Shown here piece by piece: positions 14,921 to 34,936 of a stretch of 64,000 nucleotides of DNA. The stretch's first letter is position 1; each line of letters starts with the position of its first letter. A model generated the notes under the pieces. The model did no database searches. It saw only the letters and a list, made by a program, of their open reading frames with translations, and was not told the origin of the DNA. Origin of the DNA: the human T2T-CHM13v2.0 reference genome, Homo sapiens. A program made the position numbers and the translations under genes. The DNA lies in NCBI RefSeq assembly GCF_009914755.1, contig NC_060930.1; one strand, written 5' to 3'.

Positions 14921-17604
14921 GACATCAATATGACTGACATTTTCATCTCAGTTTCATCATAGTATTTTATTTTTAATTCTATTTAATGTATGGCAGTTTA
15001 TGGTTTATTTTATTTGTCCTATCTAGATAGTTCTTTGGGCACTTAAAAATGGTAGAATTCTTCTTCCAGCAGTTATCTTTTATTAAAAGCTTTATGCAAA
15101 ACTCTTGGTCCACTCCTCTCTAAGACAATGCATGTTAGTTCCCTACTATGCCCAATAGTGAGGTTGTCTAGCAACCATTTTTCCATCTCTCTTCCTCTAC
15201 ATCCAATTTTAATCATAATTATCTTAATATTTATACTCTTAATTACATTTAAGAGTTTACAATTCTATTGTCAGCTTCAACTGATCTCTTCTTATTCAAT
15301 TAACATCTACAAGGAGAATCAAGAGAGGTATTCTACTTTCTAGTTATATTCTCACATCTCCCAGTTTTGTACTATTAAACTATAACAGATAGAATATTTA
15401 CAAAGTATTCTGGTACCTTCATTCCCATTTTTTATCTTACATAGTTAAACATATTCAGTGCTCACCTTGAGGCTTTTGCTGAAACTTCTTCAATCTTACC
15501 TTGGTTTTATACAGCTTTTTTTTTTTTTTTCAATATAACTCAAGGGAACACCATTCAGTTCTGGCATATTCATAACTGTGTGTCTGGTTTTATACTCAAA
15601 AAAAAATTTAGCTGGATATTAAAATTCTTGACTCAGATTCTCTTTTTGAGTAAGTAAAATACATTCTTCCCAATGTTTTTTTAACAAAAAAAGATGATTT
15701 ACAAAAATCCAATCCAAGCTGATACTCTTTCCCTTATAAGCATTTGAACATTTTACATGGATCCACAAAGGTGTTTTTTTGTTAATGTTTATAGTCAAAT
15801 AGATTTGTTAAGCTATATTTCTGTGCAAACTAGTCTGAGTCAATTTTCCCAGGTATTCGTTCAATATCTAGATTTAACTAAATTTTTTTAATTTTAGAAA
15901 ATATATTTTTGAACTATCATAGTATTTGTTCTGTTTAATTGACTTTTTAAAAAAATGTCCAGGGACTCCTTTTACATGTAGGTTGAATCTCTTTTACCGA
16001 ACTTCTATATTTACCTTTCATCTTGAATGTCTTTTATCATTTTCTTTATTTACTTCTCTCATTTGTATCCTTTTTCCCTATTGTGCTCTCTGTATTTGCT
16101 TTCTATTATATTCCTTTGTATTTGGTCTTTATTTCTGAATTTTTTTCTAATGCTTTCCTAATTTTCATCAGTTCTCATTTCATATATTCCTGTTGTCTAG
16201 CAATTTCTGATGTTTTATGTGTTTTCTTAACTTTCTTAAGCTAATTTGCAAATATATCATTAGTTTTCACCTGTTTAGCAGACACATTTTTATGGTGTAC
16301 TCTTGTTGTCTGTGAGAATATTTTTTGGTTCATCCTTATTTTTTTTTGTATTATTAAAAAAAACTGTGATATCCAGAAGTTGTATGACACAGAAATCAGG
16401 AGATATAGAAAAAAATAGAGAGAGAAGATAGGTAATTTGGAGGCATGTTGTGAAAGTCCTTTTAAGACACACATAAGATCTTGGTTCTACATAGAGAGCT
16501 TGCAGAATATTTTAAACACATAGTATTTACAAAGAAAAGTGTAATCATATTTACATTAAAAAGTGTCATGATCATCAATAATCTGTTTTCTAGTCATTTC
16601 TAGTCATTAAGAGAAGTTTGTTAAAGTCTTCCATTATGATTGAAGATACTTCTTTTTCTTCTTAGAGTTATATCATTTTTGATTTATATATTTTGAAACT
16701 ATGTTATTGGGTGCATACAGGTTTATGACATTTTCTACATAAATTGGCATCTTTGTCATATTAAATGTTGTTCATTATTTTTAGTAATGCATTAAGACCC
16801 AAAGTCTACTTTACACTAAAGTATTATCATATCAGCTTCATTTCCCATCCTGCTACTTTCAACACTTCTGTCTCTACACTCTTAATTTCAAATGATATAT
16901 CTTTCAGTTCTAGGAAAGTCCAACAATGCAGTAAAATTCTCCATCCTTATATCTGTGGTCTCTGACTTGTACTCTATTTCCCTGAATATATTAATCATGG
17001 TTATTTTTAAAACCTTGTCTGCTAAGTCCAATACCTGGGTCACCCATAGTATTGTTTCTATTATGTTTTTTTTTCTTGATTTTTTGCCTCTTGACATACT
17101 TGTAATTTTTGACTGAAAGCTAAATGCTATGTATATTACAAAAAAAACTCCCAAGGCTCAAAATTACATTATTGTACTCCAGAAAGGTGGGCAGATGAAG
17201 CAAGAAAAGACTTCCTTACTATAAACAGAGTTGAGCAGACTCAAGGCTGGATTGCAGCTTGGGTGAGATTCCATCAACTCCTGGTTTATCCAGGGGTAAG
17301 CTAAGGTGTCCATTGGGAATTCCCACCCTACTAGCAGGTACTGACCTCTAATATTCATAGCCTCAGCCCTGAAATATTGTTAAAAACCCTACTCTGCTTC
17401 TAAAGGTCTTCTGCTGAGCCTACCTGTTTCTTGCCCTCCTTAGCTCCAGAATTGAATAAAATATGTTGACAGGAATACTGGTAGTGTCAGGCATGGCACT
17501 TGACCCTCCATGGCCCTAAAGTTTTCAAGTTTTTATCTCTACATCCCTGCAATATCAAAAAAAAGTTCTGCCAATTTTTATGCACAACTTCACCTCTTAC
17601 CATT

Positions 17605-17644
<40 letters not shown>

Positions 17645-17965
17645 TGCATCCCTCTGTATGGCCTTTGCCTGAAACATAGGTCTCTTTTTTTTTTTTGTTT
17701 AGAAATGGCAAACTCCTTCAGAGAAAAAGTACCTACAGAATGTGAGCTGCCCCTTTGCATCTCATAACCTAGTTAAACCAGGGTTTGTGTAGTAGTTCTG
17801 ATAGGCACCCTAGTCAGTTTCACGCTATTCCATCATAGCTAGTGCTGAACCTGAATATGAAGAATGTGATCTTATTTGGAAATAGGATTTTCTGCAGAAG
17901 AAATTAACTGAAGGGTATTGAGATCAGCTTGGATTTAGGGTGGGCTGTAAATCCATTATCAGTGT

Positions 17966-18321
17966 TGTCTTAGTCTGTTTTGTGATGCTATAACACAATA
18001 CCTGAAACTGCGTAATATACAAAGAATGGAAATGTATATTCTTACAGTCCTGGAGGCTGGAAAGCCCAAGGTCAAAGAGCCAGAATCTGGCAAGGCTTCC
18101 CTTCTGCATAATCACACAGCACAAGGTGAAAGGGCCTAGAGGCAAGAGAGGGACAAACTCACCCTTTGTAAGGACCCCACTCCCATGGTAATGGCATTAA
18201 TCCTTGCAGGAGGGCCAGCTCTCATGGCCTAATCCACCTCTTAAAGTTCCCACCTCTGAATACTGCTAGAATGGCAAGTAAATTTCAACATGAGTTCTGG
18301 AGGAGACATTCAAACCTAGCT
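17966..18321 (-). mobile_element. MST/MLT1A-type MaLR solo LTR
   Basis: tgtcttagtctgttttgtgatgctataaca...; 5-bp TSD agtgt. Confidence 0.78.
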
Positions 18322-18572
18322 AGTGTCCCCAAGAGAAAGAACGGGGAAACGAGAGATGTGCAGGGGAGGAAAGGCCACTTGGAGATGGACGCAGAGGCCA
18401 GCATGACGCAGCCACACACCAAGGAACCCCAGGGACTGTAGCAGCCACAGAGGCCAGGGAAGCGTGAGGGGTTCCTCCCTTGGACCCTGCAGAAGGGGCC
18501 AGCCCTGCTGATGCTTTCATCTCAGACTTCTGGCCTCCAGAGCCGACAGAAAATAAGTGTCTATTTTTTTAA

Positions 18573-21388
<2,816 letters not shown>

Positions 21389-21931
21389 TTAAGCCTCCAA
21401 GTTTGTGGTAGTTTGTGGCATCCCTAGGAAATTAATACAAGCCTTTTAAAATAGATTATGGACAAGTGGATGTGTATTAGTACCTGCCCCAAATCCACCA
21501 TGAGGCGCATGCGCATAATGTGGAGGGGGCAGTTCCATTAATATAAGCACATTGTTTCCTAAGGATCTAACTTAGGAAAGGATCACACCATTAAACACAT
21601 TAAATACACAGGATCTGGTGTTTCACTAATTAATATTATCATCTTGTAATAAACAAGAAAATATAACGTGTAGCACAGTGTCTTTCAAATAGTAGGCACT
21701 CAACAAGTATCTGTGAAATGATTAATAATTAATTCATGAGTGATTAGTTTATCATGCTTCAGTAAAAACATCTTTCATACCTCACACATTATTAAAATGC
21801 TATTACTGTGTAAGAGTCTTAAAATATTGACCAACAGTCAAGCTGAAAGTAGGTTTCTATCCTAATATGCAACAATATTAAACAGTCTACACATTACCAA
21901 AGTCTAGACTCTCTACATTTATAGACAGTCA

Positions 21932-22078
<147 letters not shown>

Positions 22079-22482
22079 TCATTTTAAAATTTGAATGCAA
22101 ATTAGAGGAAAGAAAACAACTTGTTGCTTTTCTTCACAAAAAGGAACAAAAGAATAATGAAAGAATATTTTATATGTGAGAATTATTAAATGGTTAATGG
22201 GTCTCTCTAGAGATATTTAAAAATAATTCAAACACTATTCAAAATCTTAAATTCCCAAAGATGACAAAACTAATAGTAAATAAGCTTTTATATGTGATAA
22301 ATATTAAATGTAAACATATTCTGGAAATTTTTTAAATATCAAAACAAACTTAACAAATCTTCTAAAATAATAAATTATTTAGTTAAATTATTCAGAGACT
22401 TTTTGGAGGCAAAACATTCTATCGAGGGTGGTTAAGTTTCACAACTATTTAAAAAGTGCCATATAAAATTTGTTTATTGTAA

Positions 22483-22866
<384 letters not shown>

Positions 22867-22877
22867 AAGATAATTCT

Positions 22878-22938
22878 TTTTTTTTTTTTTTGAGACAGAG
22901 TCTCGCTCTGTCACCCAGGCTAGAGTGCACTGTTGCAA
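22878..22938 (-). mobile_element. 5'-truncated Alu 3' end
   Basis: Poly-T plus gagacagagtctcgctctgtcacccaggc; flanked by gccaagataattct. Confidence 0.85.
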
Positions 22939-23609
22939 TGGCCAAGATAATTCTGTCTAGAAAAATTCTGTAGATGGTAATATAGGCTGTAGAAAATAAC
23001 CTGAACTGTAGTGTACTACTGAGAAAAGATTAAATCTTTATAAAAATGTCATAAACATTTGTCACAATATTTGTCATAAATTTAATTCCTTTTTTCTTTT
23101 ACATTGATTTTTTAATTTTTACATTCTTTACTATTAAAAAAAAAGAAACACAAAGAGAAAAATCATCAAAGTACTCATAATCCTTCCATTAAATGACAAC
23201 TCCAGAAAGTACTGTGGCACATATACTGCACATTTTCTCTGCATATGCAAAGGTCTTTGTTTTCCTTTAACAAAGTAGAGATGCATATTATGCAGCTTTA
23301 TATCCTGCTATGTCTACCCCAGAATACACCATGAACATTTCCCTCACGATCATGTGTTTCTTGTCTAATGAGCTCAGTGAAGAGGCCATAGAGAGCAGTG
23401 GCCAAGAGCAGGTGATCCAGGGCCAGGCTCAACCCTGACCCCAGCTAAGCCCCTTCTCATCAAATGAGCAACTTTGGTGAGTTGCTCACCTCTGTGCTGC
23501 ATTTTCCCCATTCATGAAATGGGCTTAAATGAGTTCATAAAGAAATTTCTTCTTACAGCACGTGGCACATTAATAAGTGCTCTAGAAGTGTAATTGGACT
23601 GGGTTCAGG

Positions 23610-26600
23610 AGAAATTTTAAAATTTTTGAAATGAATGAAGGTGATAACACAACGTAGTAAAGCCTGTATGATACAGTAAAAGTAGTGTCAAGAGGAAAGT
23701 TTATACCATCAAATGCCTATACCAAAAAAACTAGAAAGATCAAATTAACAACCTAATGTTGCACCTCAAGGAACAAGAAAAGCATGACCAAACCAAATCC
23801 ACAGTTAGCAACAGAAAAGAAATTTAAAAGACCAGAGCAGAATTAAATGAAATAGAGACCAACAAAACAATTTAAAAGATCAACAAAATGAAAAGTCAGT
23901 TATTTGAGAAGATAAACAAAATTGATAAACCACTTGTAGACTAACCAAGAAAAAATGAAATCTAAGTAAACAAAATTAGAAATGAAAAACAGACATTACA
24001 ACCAATACCACAGGAATGCAAAATATCATCAGAGACTATAATGAAAAACTACACACTCACAAAATAGAAAACCTAGAGGAAATGGATACGTTCCTGGAAA
24101 TACACAACTTCCCAAGCTTGAAGCAGGAAGAAATAGAAAACCTGAACAGATCAATAATGAATAGAAAGACTGAATCAAGAAAAAAAGTCTCCCAACAAAG
24201 AAAAGCCCAGGACCAGAAGAATTCATAGGCAAATTCCACCAAACATATAAAGAAGAACTACTATCAATCCTGAAACTGTTCCAAAATGTCAAGAAGAAGG
24301 GAATGCTCCCTAATTCATTCTATGTGGCCAGTATCACTCTGATACCAAAACCAGACAAGGACAAAACAAAGAAAGAAAACTGCAGTCCAAGATCCCTGAT
24401 GAACATAAAAACAATTTTCAACAAAATACTACCAAACAGAATCCAATAGCACATCAAGAAGATAATACACCATGACCAAGTGGGTTTTATACCAGGGATG
24501 CCAGGATGGTTCAACATACAATAATCAATAAATGTGATACATAACATAAACAGAATCATGGACAAAAAAATATATGATCATCTCAATAAATGCAAAAAAA
24601 AGCACTTAATAAAATTCAGCATCTCTTCATAAAAATCCTCAATGAAAACTAAGCATTGAAGGAACATACATAAAAATAATAAAGGCCATATACAACAGTC
24701 CAATAGCCAAGGTCATACTGAATGGGGGAAAATTGAAAGTCTTTCCTCTAAGAACTGGAACAAGACAAGGATGCCCACTACCACCATTTCTGTTCAATAT
24801 AGTCCTAGAAGTCCTAGCCAGAGCAATTAGGCAAAAAAAAAAAAAAAAAAAAAAAAAGTTTTTTTTTTTTAAAGAAGCATCCAAATTGGTAAAGAGGACA
24901 TCAAATTATCCCTGCTCACTGATAATATAATCTTACATCTAGAAAAACCTAAAGACTCCATCAAAAACACTCTTAGATTTGATAAATAAATTCAGTAAAA
25001 TTTCAGGATACAAAATCAATGTGTAAAAATCAGTAGCATTTCTATACATCAATAATGATTTAGCTGAGAACCAGACATCAGTCCTATTTACAATAGCTAT
25101 AAAAACAATGAAATACCTAGGAATATAATTAACCAAGGAGGTAAAAGGTCTCAATACGGAAAACTATAAAACATCAATGAAAGAAACTACAGATAATACA
25201 AACAAATAGGAAAACGTCCTATGCTCATGGATCAGAAGAATTAATATCATTAAAATTAACATACTGCCCAAAGCAATCCATAGGTACAATGCAATGCCTT
25301 TCAAAATACCAATGTCATTTTTTACATTAAAAAAAAAAAACACCCTAAACTTCATAAGGAACCAAAAAAGAGCCCAAATGGCCAAAGTAATCCTAAATAA
25401 AAAGAACAAAGCTGGAGGCATCACCTTCCCTGACTTCAAATTATACTACAAGGTTATAGTAACCAAAACAACATGGTACTGGTATAAAAATAGACATATA
25501 GACCAATGGAACAGAATCTAGAACTCAGAAATAAAACTACATATTTACAGTCAACTGATCTTTGAAAGCTGACAAAATCAACAATGGGGAAAGGACACCC
25601 TTTGTAATAAATAGTGCTTGAAAAATTGGATAGCTATAGGCAAAAGAATGAAATTGGACCCTTATCTCTCCCCATACACAAAAATAAACTCAAGATGGAT
25701 TAAAGACTTAAGTGTAAAACCTGAAACTATAAAAATACTAGAAGAAATTCTAGAAAAAACACTTCCAGACCTTGGTCTAGGCAAAGAATTCATGACTAAG
25801 AACTCAAAACCAGAGGTAACAAAAATAAAAATAGACAAATATGACTTAATTAAACAAAAATACTCTGCACAGCAAAAGAAATAATCAACAGAGTGAATGG
25901 AAAACCTGCAGAATGGGGGAAAACTTGCAAACTATGCATTTTACAGGGGACTAACATCCAAAATTTACAAGGAACTCAAACGACTCAACAAAAAATACCA
26001 CAAATAAATCCATTAAAAAGTGGGCAAAGGACATGAATAGACATTTTTACTTTATTTAAAGTTCCAGGATACATATGCAGGATGTGCAGGTTTGTTAACA
26101 TAGGTAACATGTGCTATGGTGGTTTGCTGCACAGATCAACCCATCACCTAGGTATTAAGCGTCACAAGCATCAGGTATTTATCCTGATCCTCTTCCTCTC
26201 CTTACTCCGCTGACAGGCCCCAGTGTGTGTTGTTCCATTCCTTGTGTCCATGTGTTCTCATTGTTCAGCTCCCACTTATAAGTGAGAACATGCAGTGTTT
26301 GGTTTTATGTTCCTGTGTTAGTTTGCTGAGGATAATGGCTTCCAGCTCCATCCATGTCCCTGCAAAAAACATGATCTTATTCCTTTTTATGGTTGCCTAG
26401 TATTCCATGGTGTATATGTACCACGTTTTCTTTATCCAGTCTATCACTGATGGGCATCTGGGTTGATTCCATGTGTTTGCTATTGTGAATAGTGCTGCAA
26501 TGAACATATGCATGCATGTATCTTTATAATAGAATGATTTATATTCCTTTGGGTATATACCCAGTAATGGGATTGCTGGGTCAAATGATATTTCTGGTTC

Positions 26601-27124
26601 TAGGCCTTTGAGGAAATGCCACATTGTCTTCCACAATGGTTGAACTAATGTACGTTCCCACCAACAGTATAAAAGCCTTTTAAAAGAGGATATACAAATG
26701 GCCAGCAAGCATATGAAAAATGCTCAACATCACTAATCATCAGAGAAATGCAAATTAAAACCACAATGAGATTTCATCTTACACCAGTCAGAATGGCTAT
26801 TACTAAAAAAGCAAAAAGTAACAGATACTGTCAAGGATGCAGGGAAAAGGGAAAGTTTATACAATGCTGATGGGAATGTAAATTAGTACAACCTCTACGC
26901 AAAACAATGTGAAGATCTCTCAAAGAACTAAAAATATAACTACCGTTCATTTCAGAAACCCCACTGCTGGGTATCTACCAAAAGAAAAAGAAGTCATGAT
27001 TTCAAAAAGACACATGCACTCATATGTTTATTGCAACACTGTTTATAATACCAAAGACATGGAATCAATCTAAGTGCCCATTAACAGGCGACTGAATAAA
27101 GAAAATGTAGTATACTTGTGTGTG

Positions 27125-27162
<38 letters not shown>

Positions 27163-27522
27163 ATATTATTCAGCCATGAAAAAAATGAAATCATGTCTTT
27201 TGCAGCACATGGATGGAAGTAGAGGGCATTATCTTAAGTGAAACAACTCAGAAACAGAACGACAAATACCACATGTTCCCACCTATGTGTGGCAGATAAA
27301 TAATGTGTACACATGGACATAGAGTATGAAACCATAGACACTGGAGACTCAGAAGGGTAGAGGGTGGGAAGGGGATGCAGGAAGAAAAATTATTTAATGG
27401 GCAGAATGCACATTATTTGAGTGATGGATACCTTAAAAGCCCGGACTTCACCACTACAAATCTAACCATGTAACAAAATTACACTTGCACCTCCTAAATA
27501 TATACAAATAAAAAATAAATAA
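23610..27522 (+). mobile_element. L1PB-like ORF2 and 3'UTR (decayed)
   Basis: ORF2 peptides [13 protein letters not shown] and [14 protein letters not shown]; A-rich tail. Confidence 0.88.
26044..26676 (-). mobile_element. L1PA 3' fragment inserted antisense in the L1PB
   Basis: L1 3'UTR and ORF2 C-terminus (ORF 26397..26708 DPAIPLLGIYPKEYKS). Confidence 0.85.
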
Positions 27523-27855
27523 GCAATAATCACTAGAAAATGGATGTTGTTGGCTGTTTGCTGAGTACTAAGAAGATGCCAGGAGTTAACTACACAGTCA
27601 TGCATCACTTAATGCCGGGGATACATTCCAAGAAATATGTCGTTAAGCAATTTTGTCCCTGTGTGAATGTCACAGAGTGTACTTACACATACCTAGATGG
27701 TGTAGCCTACTACACACCTAAGCTGTGTGGTGTAGCCTATTGCTCCTAGGCTACAAACATGTATAGCATGCAACTGTACTAAGCAACTGTAACACAATGG
27801 TAATTATTAATATACCTAAACAAAGAAAAGGCACAGTAAATATATGGTATAAAAG

Positions 27856-30798
27856 GAAAATGAAATCTCCATACTGTTTTCCATGGAACTAAAAGTAGAT
27901 TTCTTACAGCACTAAAAGCAGATCTGGCATACAATCCAGCAATCTCACTACTTGGTATCTACCCAAAGGAAAATAAGTCATTATATCACGAAGACACTGT
28001 GTGTGTATGTTTATTGCAGTACAATTCACAATTGTAAAGATATGGAACCAATCTAAGTGCCCATCGACCAATGTATTAGTCCATTTTAATGCTGCTGATA
28101 AAGACATACCCTAGACTGGGCAATTTACAAAAGAAAGAGGTTTAATTAAACTTACAGTTGCACATGCCTGGGAAAGCCTCACAATCATGGTGGAAGGCAA
28201 GGAGGGGCAAGTCCCATCTTACATGAATGGCAACAAGCAAAGACAGAATGAGGAAGAAACCTCTGATAAAACCATCGGATCTCATGAGACTTATTCACTA
28301 CCACAAGAACAGTATGGGGGAAACTGCCCACATGATTCAATTATTTCCAACCAGGTCCCTCCCACAACACATGGGAATTATGGGAGTACAATTCAAGATG
28401 AGATTTGGGTGGGGACACAGAGCCAAACCATATCATTCCACCCCGGCCTTCCAAATCTCATGTCCTCACATTTCAAAACCAACCATGCCTTCCCAACAGT
28501 CCTTCAAAGTCTTAACTCATTTCAGCATTAACCCAAAAGTCCACAGTCCAAAGTCTCATCTGGGACAAGCCAAGTCCCTTCTGCCTATGAGCCTGTAATA
28601 TCAAAAGCAAGCTAGTTACTTCCTAGATACAATGGGGGTACAGGCATTGGGTAAATACAGTCATTCCAAATGGGAGAAACTGGCCAAAACAAAGGGGCTA
28701 GAGGCCCCATTCAAGTATGAAATCCAGTGCGGCAGTCAAATCTTAAAGCTCCAAAATGATCTCCTTTGACATCAAGTCTCACATCCAGGTCACACTGATG
28801 CAAGAGGTGGGTTCCCATGGTCGTGGGCAGCTCTGTCCCTGTGGCTTTGCGGAGCATAACCTCCCTCCCAGCTGCTTTCACAGCCTGGTGTTGAGTGTCT
28901 GCAGCTTTTCCGTGCTCATGGTGCAAGCTGTAGATGGATCTATCATTCTGGGGTCTGGAGGATGGTGGCCCTCTTCTCACAGCTCCACTAGGCAGTGCCC
29001 CATTAGGGACTCTGTGTGGAGGCTCTGACCCCACAATTCCCCTTTGCACTGCCCTAGCAGAGGTTCTCCAAGGGAGCCCCACCCCTACAGAAAACATCTG
29101 CGTGGGCATCCAGGTGCTTCCATACATCTCCTGAAATCTAGGCAGAGGATCCCAAACTTCAGTGCTTGACTTCTGTGCACCCGTAGGCCCAACATGATGT
29201 AGAAGCTGCCAAGGACTGGGGCTTGCACCCTCTGAAGCCATGGCATGAGCTCTATGTTGGCCCCTTTCAGCCATGGCTGGAGCGGCTGGGACACAGGGCA
29301 CCAAGTCCCAGGCTGCACACAGCTCAGGGACCCTGGGCCAACCCATGAAACCACTTTTTCCTCCCAGACCTCTGGGTCTGTGATGGGAGGGGCTGCCATG
29401 AGGACCTCTGACATGTCCTGAAGACATTTTCCCATTGTCTTGGGGATTAACATTTGGCTCCTCAGTATGTATGCAAATTTCTGCAGCCAGCTTGAATTTC
29501 TCCTCAGAAAATGGGATTTTTCTTTTCTATTGCATTGTCAGGCTGCAAATTTTTCAAACTTTTATGCCGTTTCCCTTTTAAAACTGAATGTCTTTCACAG
29601 CACCCAAGTTACCTCTTAAACACTTTGCTGCTTAGAAATTTCTTCCACCAGATACCCTAAAACATCTCTCTCAAGTTCAAAGTCCACAAATCTCTAGGGC
29701 AGGGGCAAAATGCCATCAGTCTCTTTGCTAAAACATAACAAAAGTCACCTTTGCTCCAGTTCTTAACAAGTCCCTCATCTCCATCTGAGACCACCTCAGC
29801 CTGAACCTTATTGTCCCCATATCACTATCAGCATTTTGGGCAAAGCCATTCAACAAGTCTCTAAGAACTTGCAAACTTTCCCACATTTTCCTATCCTCTG
29901 AGCCCTCCAAACTGTTCCAACCTCTGCCTGTTACCCAGTTCCAAAGTCGCTTCCACATTTTTGGATATCTTCTCAGCAGCACCCCACTCTACTGGTACCG
30001 ATTTACTGTATTAGTCTGTTTTTGCACTGCTGATAAAGACATACCCGAGACTGGGCAATTTACAGAAGAAAGTGGTTTAATTGGACTTACAGTTCCATAA
30101 GGCTGGGGCAGCCTCACAATCATGGTGGAAGGCAAGGAGGAGCAAGCCCCGTCTTACATGGTTGGCAGCAGGGTAAAGACAAAATGAGGAAGACACAAAA
30201 GCAGAAACCCCTGACAAAACCATCAGATCTCATGAGACTTATTCACTACCACAAGAACAGTATGGGGGAAAATGCCCCCATTATTTAATCATCTCCCACT
30301 GGGTCCCTCCCACAACACATGGGAATTACGGGAGTACAAGTCAAGATGAGATTTGGGTGGGGACACAGCCAAACCATATCAACTAATGAGTGAAAAAAGA
30401 AAATGTGGTATATAGACACCATGAAATACTACTACTCAGCCATAAAAAAGAACGAAAGAATGTCTTTTGCAGCAGCTTGGGTGGAGCTGGAGGCCATTAT
30501 TTTAAGTGAAGTAACTCAGAAATGAAAAACCTAATACCTTATATTCTTACTTGTAAGTGGGAGCTAAGCTGTGAGTACACAAAGGCATACAGAGTGGTAT
30601 GATTGAATTTGGAGACTCACAAGGGGGCAGGTGGCAGGTGGGTGAGGAATAAAAAATGACATATTGGGTACAATGTATAGACTCAGGTGGCAGGTGCACT
30701 AAAACCTTAGACTTCACTACTATACAATTCATTCATGTAACCAAAAGCCACTTGTACCCCAAAAACTATTGAAATAAAAACAATTAAATAAAATAAAA
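27856..30798 (+). mobile_element. L1PB/L1MA 3' end with a short 5' inversion, split by THE1A
   Basis: L1 3' sequence resumes across THE1A; A-rich tail; short TSD ataaaag. Confidence 0.75.
28072..30381 (-). mobile_element. Full-length THE1A (LTR 28072-28435, internal region, LTR 30007-30381)
   Basis: Two LTRs tgtattagt...aaaccatatca; TSD accaa/actaa; ORF 28711..29427 is THE1-int. Confidence 0.92.
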
Positions 30799-31022
30799 GA
30801 TTAAAAAGGGTGCACCTGTATAGGGTCCTTGCCATGAATGGAGCTTGCAGGACTGGCAGTTGCTCTGAGTAAGTCACTGAGCAAGAAGTGAGTGAATGTG
30901 AAGGTCAAGGGCATGACCACAACTGCTATAGGTGTTATAAACACTGGACACTTAGGCTACACTAAATTTATTTTAAAATATTTTTATTTCCTCAGTAATA
31001 AATTAATATTAGTTTACTGTAA

Positions 31023-31301
<279 letters not shown>

Positions 31302-31583
31302 TAATATCACTTAGCTTAAAACACAAATGCATAGTGCAGCTGTACAAAAATATTTTATTTCTTTATATTCTTACTTTACATGCTTTTTTCTATTTTGAGC
31401 TTTTTCTTACTTTTAAAACATTTTTGTTAAAAACTAAGGCATAAACACAAACATTAGCCTAGGCCTGCATGGAGTCGGGATCATCAATATCACTGTCTTC
31501 CCCTCCACATCTGGTCCCACTGGAAGGTCTTCAGGGGCAGTGAAATGTATGGAGCTGTCATCTCCCTCTGATAACAATGTCTT

Positions 31584-32385
<802 letters not shown>

Positions 32386-33289
32386 GCAATGTCTTCTTCT
32401 GGACACTTCCTGCAGGACCTGCCTGAGGCTGCTTTATAGTTAATTTTTTTTATAAGTAGAAGGAATGCACTCTAAAATCATGATAAAAAGTAGTAAAGGA
32501 AATAATAAACAAAAAGAATTTTTCAGCTCCATCATAATCTTATGCCACCAGCAATGTGATATGGTCAGTCACTGGTTAAGACATCCTCATGTGCAACATG
32601 ATTGCTCATACAGATTCTCATCACTAATTTGAAATAATAATAGTAAACAAACCTGCCTGTAAGTTTTATTATTGCATTCAACAGTAAACAACAATTATTG
32701 TTATATCAAGAATTCCTGTCCTAAAAGATCTGTAAATATTTTGCTGATAAAACTAAGGTGCTTTCTAACTTTTATAAAATGTATTTTCAAAGTCTACAAA
32801 GCATCTAAAATATACTTGATGTGAAATGAGAAGTAATTTACTTAACGATAGTATATCTAAGGAAATGCCCTCCCAACTGTGACCTGAGGAGGTAGGAAAA
32901 GGAGAGTCAGGCGCCGCTGGCCCTGCGTTACGGGGGTGCTCGGTGCCTAGTGGATGGCACCCAGTGGAGATGGGAACACACTTGGGAGAGAGAGCAGTAA
33001 TCACACCATAGGGTAACTGTGGTTTAGGAGATTCCAAAGTCTCCCTCAACATCGCTGACCCACAGGAAGGGCCTGGGGTTACTCTCCTAAGCCACATATA
33101 GCAGAGAGACCAGTACCTAGTGCTTCACCCTTCCAAAGTTAGAGCTAACTTTTCTGTGCATAAATCAGTCTTAGATTAGTCAGTGTGCACAGATTAACCA
33201 CAACCTCATCACATTCGGAAAAGAGATCAGATTGAGCTTATATCTCTTGAGCTCCCCACCCCTGCAGTGCAGGGCGCAGGACAGCCTTA

Positions 33290-33388
<99 letters not shown>

Positions 33389-34134
33389 CTATAATTTTAA
33401 GGGGGAAATCAAGATGTACTTTCAAAGGTTGAGTTAATAAGCGTTATGCTAATGATATCTCATAATAGCTGATTCTCAAGTAAGATATTAACACAAAGTT
33501 TTTTTCTTACTTGTAACAATTTCAGAATTGGACTCCAAAAACTTCTACATAAAGTAGTTAATGAGGGTATATTTTGACCTAGAGAAGTATTGATGTATGT
33601 TCTCTTTATGTGTAATGCCACTGAGAGTTACAGAAGTACAAAATGGTCAAAAAAGACCAAGATAGTAATACACCAAAATTCATGTTTACAGTATAGACCA
33701 TAAGCCACATTCAATAAATCATCTGAAAGATGCCCCTCAACAAGGCACTTAAAGTTAAGGTGAGTTATTAATCTGCCAATTATCAACCCCTAAATGACAC
33801 TCAGCAGGCTCCTGCGATGACTATGTGGGTGAACTCCCACGGGGCCTCGAGTCCCGGCCCTGACTCTGACTTGCTCCCCTTTCCCTGTGCTGCTATCAGA
33901 AGCAATTCTCACTAAGTGGAACTGAACTCAGCTCCATCTACAGAACCATTTGACACAAAACATCACCTAAACATTTGTGATAAATAATGATTTCCATCCT
34001 CCTTCTAGGTCAAGAATATTAAAAATATTAAGACAAATTTCATGAAGGATAGATGTGCCTACAAGTCATCCTTCATTTGCAAACAGAAAATAAAGGCTTA
34101 CTAAGTTCAATAATAACAAACTAATAATAATTCA

Positions 34135-34491
<357 letters not shown>

Positions 34492-34936
34492 TCACACTAA
34501 TAATTGAGCAGGTATTCAACAAATATTTACAGATCATCTACTGAATGCTGGTGTTACATGAGGTACTCAGCATAAAAAGAAGAAAATGTAGGCTTAGTTT
34601 AACAAAAAGACAGAGAAGATAATGGCACTAACAACACCTGACAGACAGCAATTGCTAGTATATGTAGGCTAAAGAGTAAAAAACTGAACAGAACAGAAAT
34701 ACTATGTAATGACCAAACCTTTCAAGAGAAAAGGTAAACTTTTAAAAAATGTGTTCAATCCAATAGAGGGTGAGGAAGAAGAAATAAAAAAACAAAGAAA
34801 ATTCAGGATAAGTAGAAAGCGAAGAAATAAAAAATGTGGAAGAGAAAGCACAAAATGATATCAAATATATGAATAATCATAATTGCAAACAGACTAAACT
34901 CAACAAGGAAAAGAGAGATAATATTAGGCTGGATTT

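Noticed and set aside
28711-29427. 238-aa ORF
   Set aside because: THE1A internal sequence, not a host gene
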